Position numbers and translations under genes: made by a program
Part shown: positions 30,508-40,646 of the stretch, in pieces
How the letters are laid out: each line of letters begins with the position of its first letter
Position numbering within the stretch: the stretch's first letter is position 1
Notes under the pieces: model-generated
Database searches by the model: none
Told to the model about the DNA's origin: nothing
The model's input: only the letters and a program-made list of their open reading frames with translations
Origin: an uncultured bacterium
GTDB lineage: Bacteria; Actinomycetota; Acidimicrobiia; Spongiisociales; UBA5794
Direction: 5' to 3'
NCBI GenBank assembly: GCA_963801165.1
Contig: CAWDDT010000004.1
Span: forward strand, 800,001 to 864,000
Length of the DNA stretch: 64,000 bases

Positions 30508-33354
30508 ATGGTGCTGCGATCGAGAAGACTGCTGGCGGCCGTGGTGGCCGCCACTGCGATGGTCGCCGTCGCCCCTGCCGCCTCCGGCGCCAGCACTCCT
30601 CAGCCCGTGCTACAAGGCGACGACTGGTCCGCCCCGGTCAGCAACGTCTCCCAAGGCTTCAGCACGATTCAGGGTCTCTTCGACGACGACCCGACCGGGC
30701 TCATCCCCAAAACGCCGTTCGTGCAGCGCTACTCGCTCGACCAGGATCACTGGGAGGTGTGGCTGTGCGGCAGCGTCTCGTCCACCCTGCCGCAGGCAAT
30801 CGCGGCGCTCGAAGCCGCCACCGTCGACTACTACGACTCGCTCTCGGGTGGGGTATACGAGCCGGTGTTCACTGCAGGTGGCACGATCCCGACCGACTCG
30901 AGCTGTATCAACGGGTTCTTGAACGGCACCTATACGCCTGTTGGAAGTCCGGAGGGTCTGTTCGTCATCGACTCGGTTACAGGCGGTGGGTTCGCATCGC
31001 CGGGCATCATCTGTATCTCGAGCGACCCCGACTGTTCTTGGATCGGCTCCACCTTCCCGGACAACCAGCGCTATGCAGTGGTGGGAGAGAGCTCGCTGCT
31101 CAACTACCCGTCGGTGACTGCCCACGAGCTGGGCCACACGCTGCAATGGCCACATTCGAACTCGGGGACCGGCGACGAGTACGACAACCCGCTCGACCTG
31201 ATGAGCGGCAACAGCACCACCGGTGGCTGGACGGAGCCTGATCCGTACGCAACGTTGTCGTACAACCGGTTCCAGTCGGGGTGGGTGGCGACCGACGATG
31301 TCGTGATCGCCGACGGCAGCTACCAGGCGGCGACGCTCCAGCCGCACAACGTCGCCGGGACGCAGTTGTTTGCGATCAAGACCGCCCAACCGGGCCGCTT
31401 CTATGTCCTCGGGGCGCGCACCACCTCGACCTACGACCCGATCCCGTCGGCGTGGCAAGGGGTCGAGGTGTACGAGGTGGACTACTACTGCGACGACGGC
31501 GCCTTCGGAGGCGGGATCTGCCCGGGTATCTACCGGGACCAGACCCAGCAGCCGCCCAGTCCCAATGGGGTCGGCCACGTGCTCCAGGCAGGGGAAAGCA
31601 TCGAGATCGAGGGTGTCACCGTCACCGTCACCGGGGCGACTCCTACCGGATACACCATCACCGCCGACCCCGACCCCGATACCGACACTGCCCCGTCCGC
31701 ACCCGGGATTCCCAGCGTCGCCGTGGGCGACGAGCAGGCGACGCTCAGCTGGACCGCGGCCGGCGACGGCGGCTCCCCGATCCTCAACTACGACGTCGAG
31801 GTGGAGAACCGCGACGTCGGCGGCAGCACCGTCACCGATGTCGGGGTGACGTTGTCGAAGACGATGACCGGGCTCGACAACGGCATTACCTATCGGGCGC
31901 GAGTGCGGGCGACCAACGCCATCGGGGACGGGCCCTGGTCGGCATGGTCACAGGACTTCACGGTTGGCACCGTACCGACCGCACCCGGCATCCCGACGGC
32001 GACAGCAGGTCCCGCCTCGATCAGCGCCGTCTGGACGGCACCCGGGGATAACGGGGGAGCGGCGATCAGCAACTACCGGCTCGAGGTCAACGACATGGTT
32101 GCCTCCACCAACAGCTACCTCGACGTCGGCACCACGTTGTCGAAGAACATCACGGGGTTGGTCAACGGAGACACCTATCGCATCCGGGTGCGTGCCGAGA
32201 ACAGCTTCGGGCCCGGCGTGTGGTCGGGCTGGTCTTCCAACGTCACCCCGATCTCGACCCCGAGCGCTCCGCTCAACCCGGCGATCACCGTCACCGCTGT
32301 TGGGGAGGCGACCGCGGTTTGGTCACCACCGGCCGACGATGGTGGGCGGCCGCTCACCGGCTACCAGGTGAGTCTGGAGAACGCCACCGGCGGCGGCGCC
32401 GTCACCTACGACCCGGGCACAGCCACGAGCTACGGGCTCGTCGGGCTCAACTCGACCGATACGTACCGCTATCGGGTGCGCGCCGGAAACAGCGAGGGTT
32501 GGGGCGCCTGGTCGGCGTGGTCGCCGGACTTCATTCCCGGTACCGTCCCGTCCGCCCCTGGAGTGCCTGCGGTCACCGCCGGGGATGGACAGCTCACTGC
32601 CGCTTGGACGGCCGCGACCGGTATCGGCGCCGCGGTCGACAACTACGCATTGGAGCTCGACGGCGGGTCGGCCACGGTGACCGTCGGCACCGTTCTGAGC
32701 CACACCTTTACCGCGCTCAGCAACGGCGATGATTACCGGGTGCGGGTGCGGGCCCACAACGACTCGGGTTGGGGCCCGTGGTCGGCCTGGTCGGCGACGG
32801 TGACGCCGCACGTCCTGAACCCGTTTGTGGACGATGACGGCTCGATCTTCGAACCGGAGATCGAATGGCTGGCGGAGGAAGGGATCACCAAAGGCTGCAA
32901 CCCACCGGTCAACAACATGTTCTGTCCCGATGATTCGGTGACCCGGGGCCAGATGGCGGCGTTCCTCGTGAGGGCACTTGGACTCACCGTTCAGCTCGAC
33001 GACCCGTTCACCGACGACGACGGCTCGATCTTCGAGGCGGACATCGAGAGGCTGGCCGCAGCCGGTATTACCAGGGGCTGCAACCCGCCACTCAACAACC
33101 ACTTCTGTCCTGACGATTCGGTGACCCGGGGTCAGATGGCGGCGTTCCTGGTTCGCGCCCTCGGCTACACCGACGCCGGTCTCGGTGACCTGTTCATCGA
33201 CGATGACGGCTCGATCTTCGAGACCGACATTGATCGTCTCGCCACGGCCGGTGTCACCAAAGGCTGCAACCCACCGGCGAACGACATGTTCTGTCCCAGC
33301 GATGTGGTGACCCGGGGCCAGATGGCTGCCTTCCTGCACCGGGCTCTGGGGTAG
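30508..33354 (+). CDS. secreted zinc metalloprotease (M6/M11-like) with four FN3 domains and SLH repeats
   Basis: HELGHTLQWPHS, YDNPLDLMSG; FN3 motifs Y..RVRA.N..G.G.WS; three SLH repeats. Confidence 0.88.
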   Translation: MVLRSRRLLAAVVAATAMVAVAPAASGASTPQPVLQGDDWSAPVSNVSQGFSTIQGLFDDDPTGLIPKTPFVQRYSLDQDHWEVWLCGSVSSTLPQAIAALEAATVDYYDSLSGGVYEPVFTAGGTIPTDSSCINGFLNGTYTPVGSPEGLFVIDSVTGGGFASPGIICISSDPDCSWIGSTFPDNQRYAVVGESSLLNYPSVTAHELGHTLQWPHSNSGTGDEYDNPLDLMSGNSTTGGWTEPDPYATLSYNRFQSGWVATDDVVIADGSYQAATLQPHNVAGTQLFAIKTAQPGRFYVLGARTTSTYDPIPSAWQGVEVYEVDYYCDDGAFGGGICPGIYRDQTQQPPSPNGVGHVLQAGESIEIEGVTVTVTGATPTGYTITADPDPDTDTAPSAPGIPSVAVGDEQATLSWTAAGDGGSPILNYDVEVENRDVGGSTVTDVGVTLSKTMTGLDNGITYRARVRATNAIGDGPWSAWSQDFTVGTVPTAPGIPTATAGPASISAVWTAPGDNGGAAISNYRLEVNDMVASTNSYLDVGTTLSKNITGLVNGDTYRIRVRAENSFGPGVWSGWSSNVTPISTPSAPLNPAITVTAVGEATAVWSPPADDGGRPLTGYQVSLENATGGGAVTYDPGTATSYGLVGLNSTDTYRYRVRAGNSEGWGAWSAWSPDFIPGTVPSAPGVPAVTAGDGQLTAAWTAATGIGAAVDNYALELDGGSATVTVGTVLSHTFTALSNGDDYRVRVRAHNDSGWGPWSAWSATVTPHVLNPFVDDDGSIFEPEIEWLAEEGITKGCNPPVNNMFCPDDSVTRGQMAAFLVRALGLTVQLDDPFTDDDGSIFEADIERLAAAGITRGCNPPLNNHFCPDDSVTRGQMAAFLVRALGYTDAGLGDLFIDDDGSIFETDIDRLATAGVTKGCNPPANDMFCPSDVVTRGQMAAFLHRALG

Positions 33355-33683
33355 TGGCGCCAACGCGCACCATCTCCGTCGCGACGCCCGCACGGGTCGT
33401 TGACCGCGCCGTGAAGCCAGGGGAGGGGGCGGAAGAGACGTCACAATGGGTTTCGTCGACGGATCGTGCACTGCGCTGTGCGGGCATTCCGGTCCGCGGC
33501 GCCCGGTGAGGACGCTCGACCATACGATCACGGTGCTCGAGGCGGGGTGAGGACCGCCAGGCACAATGGGGTCGCGGTGTGGACCTCGACCATGCGATCA
33601 CGGTGCTCGAGCAGTGTGGGTACGATCGTATGCAAGAGGAGCGATCTATCGGGTCGATCATCTGAGGTCGATCTACCGGTTGG

Positions 33684-35979
33684 CTATGGCAGTTCGGATG
33701 CCCGGTGGAGCAATGGCGGCCATCTCGGCCGGGTGATCGGTTGATCGGGGCAGTACTGGTCGTTGGCGGGTGGGTTGCAGCCCACCGAAACCCCGAGCGC
33801 CGCCAAGCATCCCGATCTCGTTCTCGAACAGGTGCCCGACGGCATCGGTGAACGGCTTCGGGCTGGCCGAATCGAGTCCGAGAGCACGAACCAGCGCCGC
33901 CGCAACCTCGCCCCGCGTGATTACGGCATCGGGGCACACGAGGTTGTTGAGAGGCGGATTGCAGCCGCGGAAGACGTCGGCCGCCTTCGCCCGATTCAGC
34001 GCCGCCTCGTGCACAATCCCGTCATCGTCGCTGAAGAAGTCCTCAGTCGTCGGGGCGAAATCGAGCCACCGGTCCAGGAACGTTGCCGTCTCGGCCCGTG
34101 TCAAAGGGACGTTGGGGCAGAACTGCGTATTGAGTGGCGGGTTGCACCCGACGGTTATGCCCTGGTTGTGCAGCCACTGGATGTCGTCGAGGAAGATGCT
34201 GGTCACCGTATCTTCGAACGGCGGCAGATCCTGCGGGGTGACCGCGGCCGACGTGGCTGCCGGCCCGGTTCCTATGGCGTTTACGGCGCTCACCCGGAAC
34301 AGGTAGTCCGTCCCGTTGCTGAGCCCGGTAGCGGTCACCGAGGTCTCGGTCGACACACCGTCATCGAAGGTATGCCACGTCGCCCCGCCGTCGGAGGAGT
34401 ACTCGACCAGGTAGTCGGTGATCGGCGATCCGCCGGAGTCGGGGGCATCCCACGTCACGACAGCCAGTCCATTGCCACCTGTGCCGGCGACGTTCGAGGG
34501 CGCCTCGGGCGCTGTCGCCATCGGCGTCAGCGGGTCGGACTGTGCCGAGTACGGCCCGGCCCCAACCGAGTTCACCGCCGCTACCTGGAACACGTAGGCG
34601 ACGCCGTTGGTGAGACCGGTGACGGTCGCCGACGTGTCGGCTCGATACCCCGTCATCGAATGTATGCCACGTTGCTCCGCTGTCGTCGGAGTATTGGATG
34701 ACGTAGTCGGTGATGGGGAACGAGCCGGCGTCGGGTGCGACCCAGCTGATGTCGACCTTCATGTTGCCTGCGGTGCCGGTCACCCCGGTGGTGATGGCCG
34801 GATCGGTCTGCACATTGATCGTCAGCGGAGCGCTGGAAGAACCGCCGGTGCTCTGGGCGGTCACGTTGAGGGTCCGGCTGGACGGTGATTCCGCGTCCGT
34901 GTTCATGTAGGTGATCTTGCGGGCAACTGCCTGAGCCACCGCATCGTTCGCCTTGTTGCCAAACACCTGGACGTTGTCGATGTAGAGCGAGGCGCCTGCG
35001 GCCTGGCCGCCTGACGCATCGAATGTGCCGGACACGAACACGAATCGGTAGGTGCCGGAAGCCGGGATCACGGTCGGGTTGGTGGCCCACTGCAGTGTTC
35101 CCGCCGCCGGTGGCATCGAGCAGCTCGGTCTGGTTGCACGATTCGTCGATGATGTAGCCGAAGACGTGATAGTCGTCCTCACCGGCGTAAGCTCGCCAGT
35201 CGAAGTAGATGGTGTCGCCACTGGCTGCTTCGAACGGGCCGGAGTAGACCGCGGGGCCATGCACAACGTCATAGCCTTGCAGTGTAATACATGTCGTCGG
35301 AGACGAGTTGGAGGGCGTAGGTTCCTTCGGAGACCACATCCGTGACAACAGGGGTGGTGAGAGAACCCAGGATGATCGGGACGTTGTTGTCCTCGTTGGG
35401 CACCGGACCCGGGTAGGTGCTGGTGTCGACGGTTGAGGCAGGCGGCGATCGTCGTCGATCCCAGGTCGATCTGATCGGTCGATAGCGGTCCATCCGGTGA
35501 GGTCACCAGTCTCGAAACCGGCGTTCTGGAAGTCGCTGGTGAAGTTGACCCGTAGCGTCGTGCCGTCGGCGCCGTTGAGAATGCCGTCGATCGAGCCGAC
35601 GATGTCTGCCGTCGCGCCGTTGCCGAGGTAGACCGAGCTCGCCGACGACCGAGACGACGCCGTCAGCGGTGTCGGCAACTCCGTCCTCCTGGAGACCCAA
35701 CGTCTCGCCGGACGTTGCTCCATCGATCGAGAACTCCAGGTACTGGCCGCCATACGACACCCCGTCGGCGATCGTCAGCGAGGACCCGACGAGCGTTGCA
35801 GCCGTCACCTTCGACATATGTGGCATCGACCGTTCCGCCGATGGTCGGCGTGCCCGAGCGGTGATGGCGCCGGCTGGTGCGACACCCACTATTGCCGTGA
35901 GCAATGCCGCAGCGAGTGCGACGGCTGCGAGCCGATGAGTTCGTGTGTGGACGTGATCGACAGATCGCTCGTCCGACAA
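33684..35979 (-). CDS. large secreted FN3 + SLH surface protein, multiply frameshifted
   Basis: signal peptide, FN3 segments (YLFRVSAVNAIGTG) and SLH segments spread over at least five ORFs. Confidence 0.65.
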
Positions 35980-36191
35980 TGTGATTGGTCACAAGTACAC
36001 CACCTTCTAGAGCGGATGCCCTGTTTCCTCAGAGACGGAAGCTCTTCAGGGCATTTCCATGGTAATCTCGACCAGATCGACCCCCGGCTTGAGGCTTCCG
36101 CGGCGGGTCGTCCCGGACGAAACCGCTCGATCTCCATGCGTTTCTGACGGTGGCTCGGCCTCTTCTCTCGCATCCGGAACCCCGCCCCGCG

Positions 36192-36209
36192 TGATATCAT
36201 CTTGATATA
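36192..36209. promoter_or_regulatory. TGATAT repeat, candidate operator for the downstream RHH protein
   Basis: TGATATCA-TCT-TGATATA just upstream of the GGAGG RBS of the SPFH gene. Confidence 0.45.
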
Positions 36210-36228
36210 GGTTTATGGAGGTGTATTC

Positions 36229-37113
36229 ATGCTTTCCGAGTCCACAGGACGTTCTGGTGCCGGCATTCCCTGGCTGATCGCGGACGTCGTCCTCTTCCTG
36301 GTGGATGTCGCCTTGTATGTCTTTGGCGGGATCTGGGGCAATTTGCTAATGATCATCCTGGCGGTGGTGCTATCGCTGCTTGTGGTCATCCTCTCCGTCA
36401 GTTTCTTCGTGGTGCAACCCAATCAGTCGGCGGTCTTGACGTTGTTTGGTGACTACAAGGGGAGCGACCGGATCCCGGGCCTCCGTATCGCCAATCCGTT
36501 GTACTTGAAGAAGAAGGTCTCGCTGCGGGTGCGCAATTTCACCACGCAGACTTCGAAGGTCAACGATGCGAACGGCAACCCGATCGAGATTGCGGCTGTG
36601 GTGGTGTGGCGGGTCACCGACACCGCTCGGGCGACGTTCGGCGTTGACGACTTCATCAGCTACGTCCATACGCAGTCGGAGTCGGCGGTGCGGCAGCTGG
36701 CCCGTTCCTACCCGTACGACAACTTTGACGATACGGATGTGACCACGCTCATTCACAACACGAGTGAGGTGAATGACAACCTGATGGTCGAGCTGCAAGA
36801 ACGCGCAGATGCGGCCGGCGTTGAGGTGCTCGAGACCCGCCTCACCGACCTGGCCTATGCCCCCGAGATCGCCGAGGCGATGCTGCGCAGACAGCAAGCG
36901 TCGGCCATCGTGGCGGCCCGAGCAAAGATCGTCGAAGGCGCGGTGTTGATGGTGCGCGAGGCGATCGCGGCACTCGAGGAGGGCACCGACGAGCACGATC
37001 GGATCCCGCTTGACAACGAGCGCAAAGCTACCTTCGCTTCCAATCTGATGACTGTCATAGCCAGCGACCAGCCGACGAGCCCGGTGGTCAACGTCGGCAC
37101 CTTGAGCAGATAG
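36229..37113 (+). CDS. SPFH/Band 7 domain protein
   Basis: KVND..GNPIEIAAVVVWRV, LAYAPEIA.AMLRRQQA. Confidence 0.92.
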   Translation: MLSESTGRSGAGIPWLIADVVLFLVDVALYVFGGIWGNLLMIILAVVLSLLVVILSVSFFVVQPNQSAVLTLFGDYKGSDRIPGLRIANPLYLKKKVSLRVRNFTTQTSKVNDANGNPIEIAAVVVWRVTDTARATFGVDDFISYVHTQSESAVRQLARSYPYDNFDDTDVTTLIHNTSEVNDNLMVELQERADAAGVEVLETRLTDLAYAPEIAEAMLRRQQASAIVAARAKIVEGAVLMVREAIAALEEGTDEHDRIPLDNERKATFASNLMTVIASDQPTSPVVNVGTLSR

Positions 37114-37136
37114 CGGTCGGGCGGGGTAGGGAGACG

Positions 37137-37343
37137 ATGGCACGGCAGCGCAAGCAGTACCTGCTGCGGATCCCGCAGGAGCTATACGACATCTACGAGG
37201 CGTGGGCCGCCGACGAGTTCCGCTCGGTCAATGCCCAGTTCGAAGCGGTCCTCAGGGACGGCGCCCGCCGGGCCGGGCGTCTCCGGCGCAGACCAGGTCC
37301 TGACAGTACGCCGGAACGCGGCGATACCGGCGATGTGGGCTGA
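37137..37343 (+). CDS. Arc/ribbon-helix-helix DNA-binding protein
   Basis: RKQYLLRI...WAADEFRSVNAQ.E. Confidence 0.85.
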   Translation: MARQRKQYLLRIPQELYDIYEAWAADEFRSVNAQFEAVLRDGARRAGRLRRRPGPDSTPERGDTGDVG

Positions 37344-37389
37344 GCCCGGGTCGCGGCTCAGCGAGCGGGGTGGTGGTCGGTAGTTGGTG

Positions 37390-38384
37390 CTAGCCGTCGA
37401 GCGAGGAGCGGACTTCTACCGTTTCCCAGTCGAAGGTGTGCTCGTTCCACATCATGCCCGGCTCGACGTTGAGGACGTTGCCTGCCCGATCCGTGGCGAC
37501 GCCGGCCCATAGGGTGCGGATGGTGAAGAGGTGCAGGGCGCGGGTTTCGTACGCGAACGTGTACACGGGGTTCTCGAGAGACCCGGGGCAGGCGGCGGTG
37601 TCGGCGCAGCTGCTCGTGTAGTCCCATTCCCCGTCGCCGTCGATGTCGATCTGGATGCCGCTGAGCCAGATCTGGACGTTGAGCAGGTAGTCGGCGCCGG
37701 CGGTGTCGATGGTCAGTGCGAATCCGCCGTCGGTGGGGTCGCTGCCGTCGGCGACGTCGTACCAGACGCTGTTCTCGAGCCCGACCAGAGTGCGGGACTG
37801 GGGGAAGGTGGCCCGGACCGGTTCGGGCACGTATTCGTCACCGTGGAGGTGGTCCCGCACGTCGTTCTGGTTGACCACGACCAGGCAGTAGTGACCCAGC
37901 CGGTAACTCACGTCGTAGTCGCTGCGTCACTGCGGTGACGTGGCGAAATACGTCCTGCGACGCATACTGGGCGAAGATGGCGAGCTGGTCGCCGTCCGAG
38001 CAATCACCAACCGCCACGAGCGCACCCTGGTAGCAGGACCTTGTTGTAAACAGGTCAACATCGCCAAACGTGGAGGCGTCGCCGCCGTGGGCTACGACGT
38101 CTTTGACCAGGGGTGTCCGGTAGTAGTCCTCGTTGTATGCGACGATCGTCCCGGTGTCGTCGGCGATGACTGCCTCATCCCACCATTCATGTGGGTACTG
38201 GCAGTTGATAACGCCGGTCTCCCGCAGGTAGGCGTTGTGGTCCTCGAGCCACAGATCGCCGGACACAAAGGCATGCTCGACCGTGACGTTGTGGTCGATG
38301 TCCGTCGCCGTCGCCTCTGGCGACGGCAGGGCTCGGCAGCGAAGCAACGAGCAGGATCGCAACGAACACTCCGATTCGTTTCAT
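37390..38384 (-). CDS. secreted hypothetical protein, frameshifted
   Basis: signal peptide MKRIGVFVAILLVAS; ORFs 37838-38362 and 37390-37911 are contiguous; ATGA overlap with upstream gene. Confidence 0.6.
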
Positions 38385-39122
38385 AGCTGCCGTCCCGTCC
38401 AATCGACAGGCACCATCGAGGCAATGTCCTCGTCAGTGGCCGGTCGAGTCGGCACCAGATCGGCGATCCGCCATCGTCCGTCGTCGTCTCGGTGGTAGGT
38501 GAACGTAGTCAGCTCGGGGTCCCACCCCAGGTATTCGCGAACGACCACGTCGTCGGCATCTCTGATCAGCTGGATGTCGCGATCTTCGACGTACACGACT
38601 GTTGCGGTGTCGCCCGAGACGCTCGAGCACTTCGATGCCGAGGGTGCGGATGCCGGCGTCGGCGTAATGCCAGCCGGGGTTGGCGGCGAGCTCCTCGAAG
38701 CCGGCGACGATGGCTGTCCCAGTAGGGGTAGTCGGGCTCATACATCAGGCCGGCCATCTCTTCGGCGGTGCCGGTGGGGTGACCCTCGAGATAGTTGAAC
38801 AGGTCGAACAGTTCGATGGCGACGTGGTAGAGGTCGTCGCCCGTCGGGTCGAAGTCGTCGACCGAATCCCGGTTCATGTTCGACACCACTACCTCGGGGC
38901 GAGCGAGGGGGTCGGCGGTTTTGTGGTTGTGGTTGTGGTCGCCGGGGGCTGGGTCGTACTCGTCGTGGTGGTAGTGGTGGTTGTGGTGGTCGTCGACGTG
39001 GCGGTGGTCGTGGTGGACGACGGTGCGGTAGTTGTGGTCGTCGTCTCTGAGCCGGTGCCCGAGCACGAAACCAGGATGACCCCCGCCACCGCGAGGGCCC
39101 CGAGCCGGCGGATCTCCCCCAT
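38381..39122 (-). CDS. Thr-rich lipoprotein, frameshifted
   Basis: lipobox LVSC, poly-Thr linker; continues through several frames to a stop at 38381. Confidence 0.6.
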
Positions 39123-39444
39123 GTGCTTTCCCACCATGTGCCGCATTATGCCAGCATCTCGATTATTTCCCCAAAACAACGCTGTTTAACATATAGCAAA
39201 GGTCGTGTGCAGCGTCTAGAGCAAGTTTGCACGATCGATGCCGGTCGAGGGGATCGCCTCCTTCTTCCCACCATGTGCCCGCATCATGGCAGCGTCCCCG
39301 GTCGCCCCAGGAATCTCGCGCCTCGTTCCTAGCCCGTCTTGTGTCGGAACGCCCAGCCCCTAGCCAGGCCGGGCCGCCTTCGTCACAGGGTCGCCACTGG
39401 CGCCCCGTGTGGCCATCATCGCGGCGGGTGCGACGGCTACCTGC

Positions 39445-40170
39445 TCAGGGCGACGGAACCTCCCCCAGCGGTGAGAACAGTGCGGTGATGCTGGGGCCGT
39501 CTGCGACGGTTCCGTATGCGGTGGTAGCACCGCCGCACAGGGTGAGCGTGTGGCTTCCCGCGGTCACGGCGGCTGCACCGGTCAGCGAAGCCGACTGGCG
39601 GAGCCCGTTGATGTTGGCGGTTGCGTAGGCGTAGGCGACCGAGGCGGTATTGGCGGGGATCGCATTGCATGTGGTGTTGTCGAGTTGGATCCACCACAGG
39701 GTCTGGCTGTCGTCGTCGTTGTCGCGTACCGATGCGGATGCATTGATGAGTAGGTAGCCGTCCCAGGGGGTGGTGATGGTCAGCTCGGCCGTGGCAGTGC
39801 CCGTGTCGATGAGAGTGTGGGCGACGTCGTCGACTCCGGTTGCCCAGATCATGTTCTCGTAGTAGCCGGGGCCCTTCCCGTTCAGCCGCAGCGAATCGCC
39901 GGCGTTGACGGCACCGCTGTCGGCGAGGCGGTGCATGAACGCCGCCATCTGTTCCCGGGTGACGTTGTCGGTGGGGCAGTAGCGGTCGTTGGCGGGCGGG
40001 TTGCAGCCGAGTGTGATCTCGTTGCTGGCCATCCATTCGATGTCGTCCTCGAAGATCGAGGTGTCGTCATCGACAAAGGTGCCGGCGGCGTAGACGGCGA
40101 TCGGCGCCATGACGACGAGGACGAGTGTGCTCGCTACGAGCAGGCGCAGGTATCGGTGGCGATTGGACAC
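39445..40170 (-). CDS. secreted protein with N-terminal SLH domain
   Basis: GTG start with AGGGAG RBS, signal peptide, GCNPPANDRYCP..VTREQMAAF. Confidence 0.8.
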   Translation of the reverse strand: MSNRHRYLRLLVASTLVLVVMAPIAVYAAGTFVDDDTSIFEDDIEWMASNEITLGCNPPANDRYCPTDNVTREQMAAFMHRLADSGAVNAGDSLRLNGKGPGYYENMIWATGVDDVAHTLIDTGTATAELTITTPWDGYLLINASASVRDNDDDSQTLWWIQLDNTTCNAIPANTASVAYAYATANINGLRQSASLTGAAAVTAGSHTLTLCGGATTAYGTVADGPSITALFSPLGEVPSP

Positions 40171-40364
40171 GGGGTCTCCCTCCCTAGCGGTGTGTTTACC
40201 AAACCTACCGACGCATCGTGCGGCACGGGTTTCCCCACATCGCAGTTGTTCCCACCGCGGGGAATGACGCGTCCGCCGGATTTGGAGTCGGGACCGTGCA
40301 ACCCCGGACCCAGACGTCCGAGCCGTGGAGTACGGTTGGGGCCAAGGTGCCAAGGAGGGATGTC

Positions 40365-40646
40365 ATGCCGTTGTTCATGATCGAGCGCGAGTACGCGGAG
40401 CAGCTGAATCCAACACCGGAGATCGCGCGTTTCCTGGAGGAAGTCAACGTCGACGCAGGGGTCCGGTGGTTGTACTCGTTCCTGTCCTCCGATCGGCGTA
40501 AGACCTACTGCGTTTACGAGGCACCCAACCCCGAGGCGTTGCGGGAGGCGGCCCGGCAGGCTGGCATCCCGGCCGACGCCATTGTCGAGCTGACCGGAAA
40601 GGTCATGCCGAGCGGTGTGGTCGCCGCCATTGAGTCAGGTGGGTAG
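40365..40646 (+). CDS. DUF4242 / SCO4226-like protein
   Basis: MPLFMIER...VRWLYS...KTYCVYEAP.PEA.R.AA...GIPAD.I; AGGAGG RBS. Confidence 0.85.
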   Translation: MPLFMIEREYAEQLNPTPEIARFLEEVNVDAGVRWLYSFLSSDRRKTYCVYEAPNPEALREAARQAGIPADAIVELTGKVMPSGVVAAIESGG

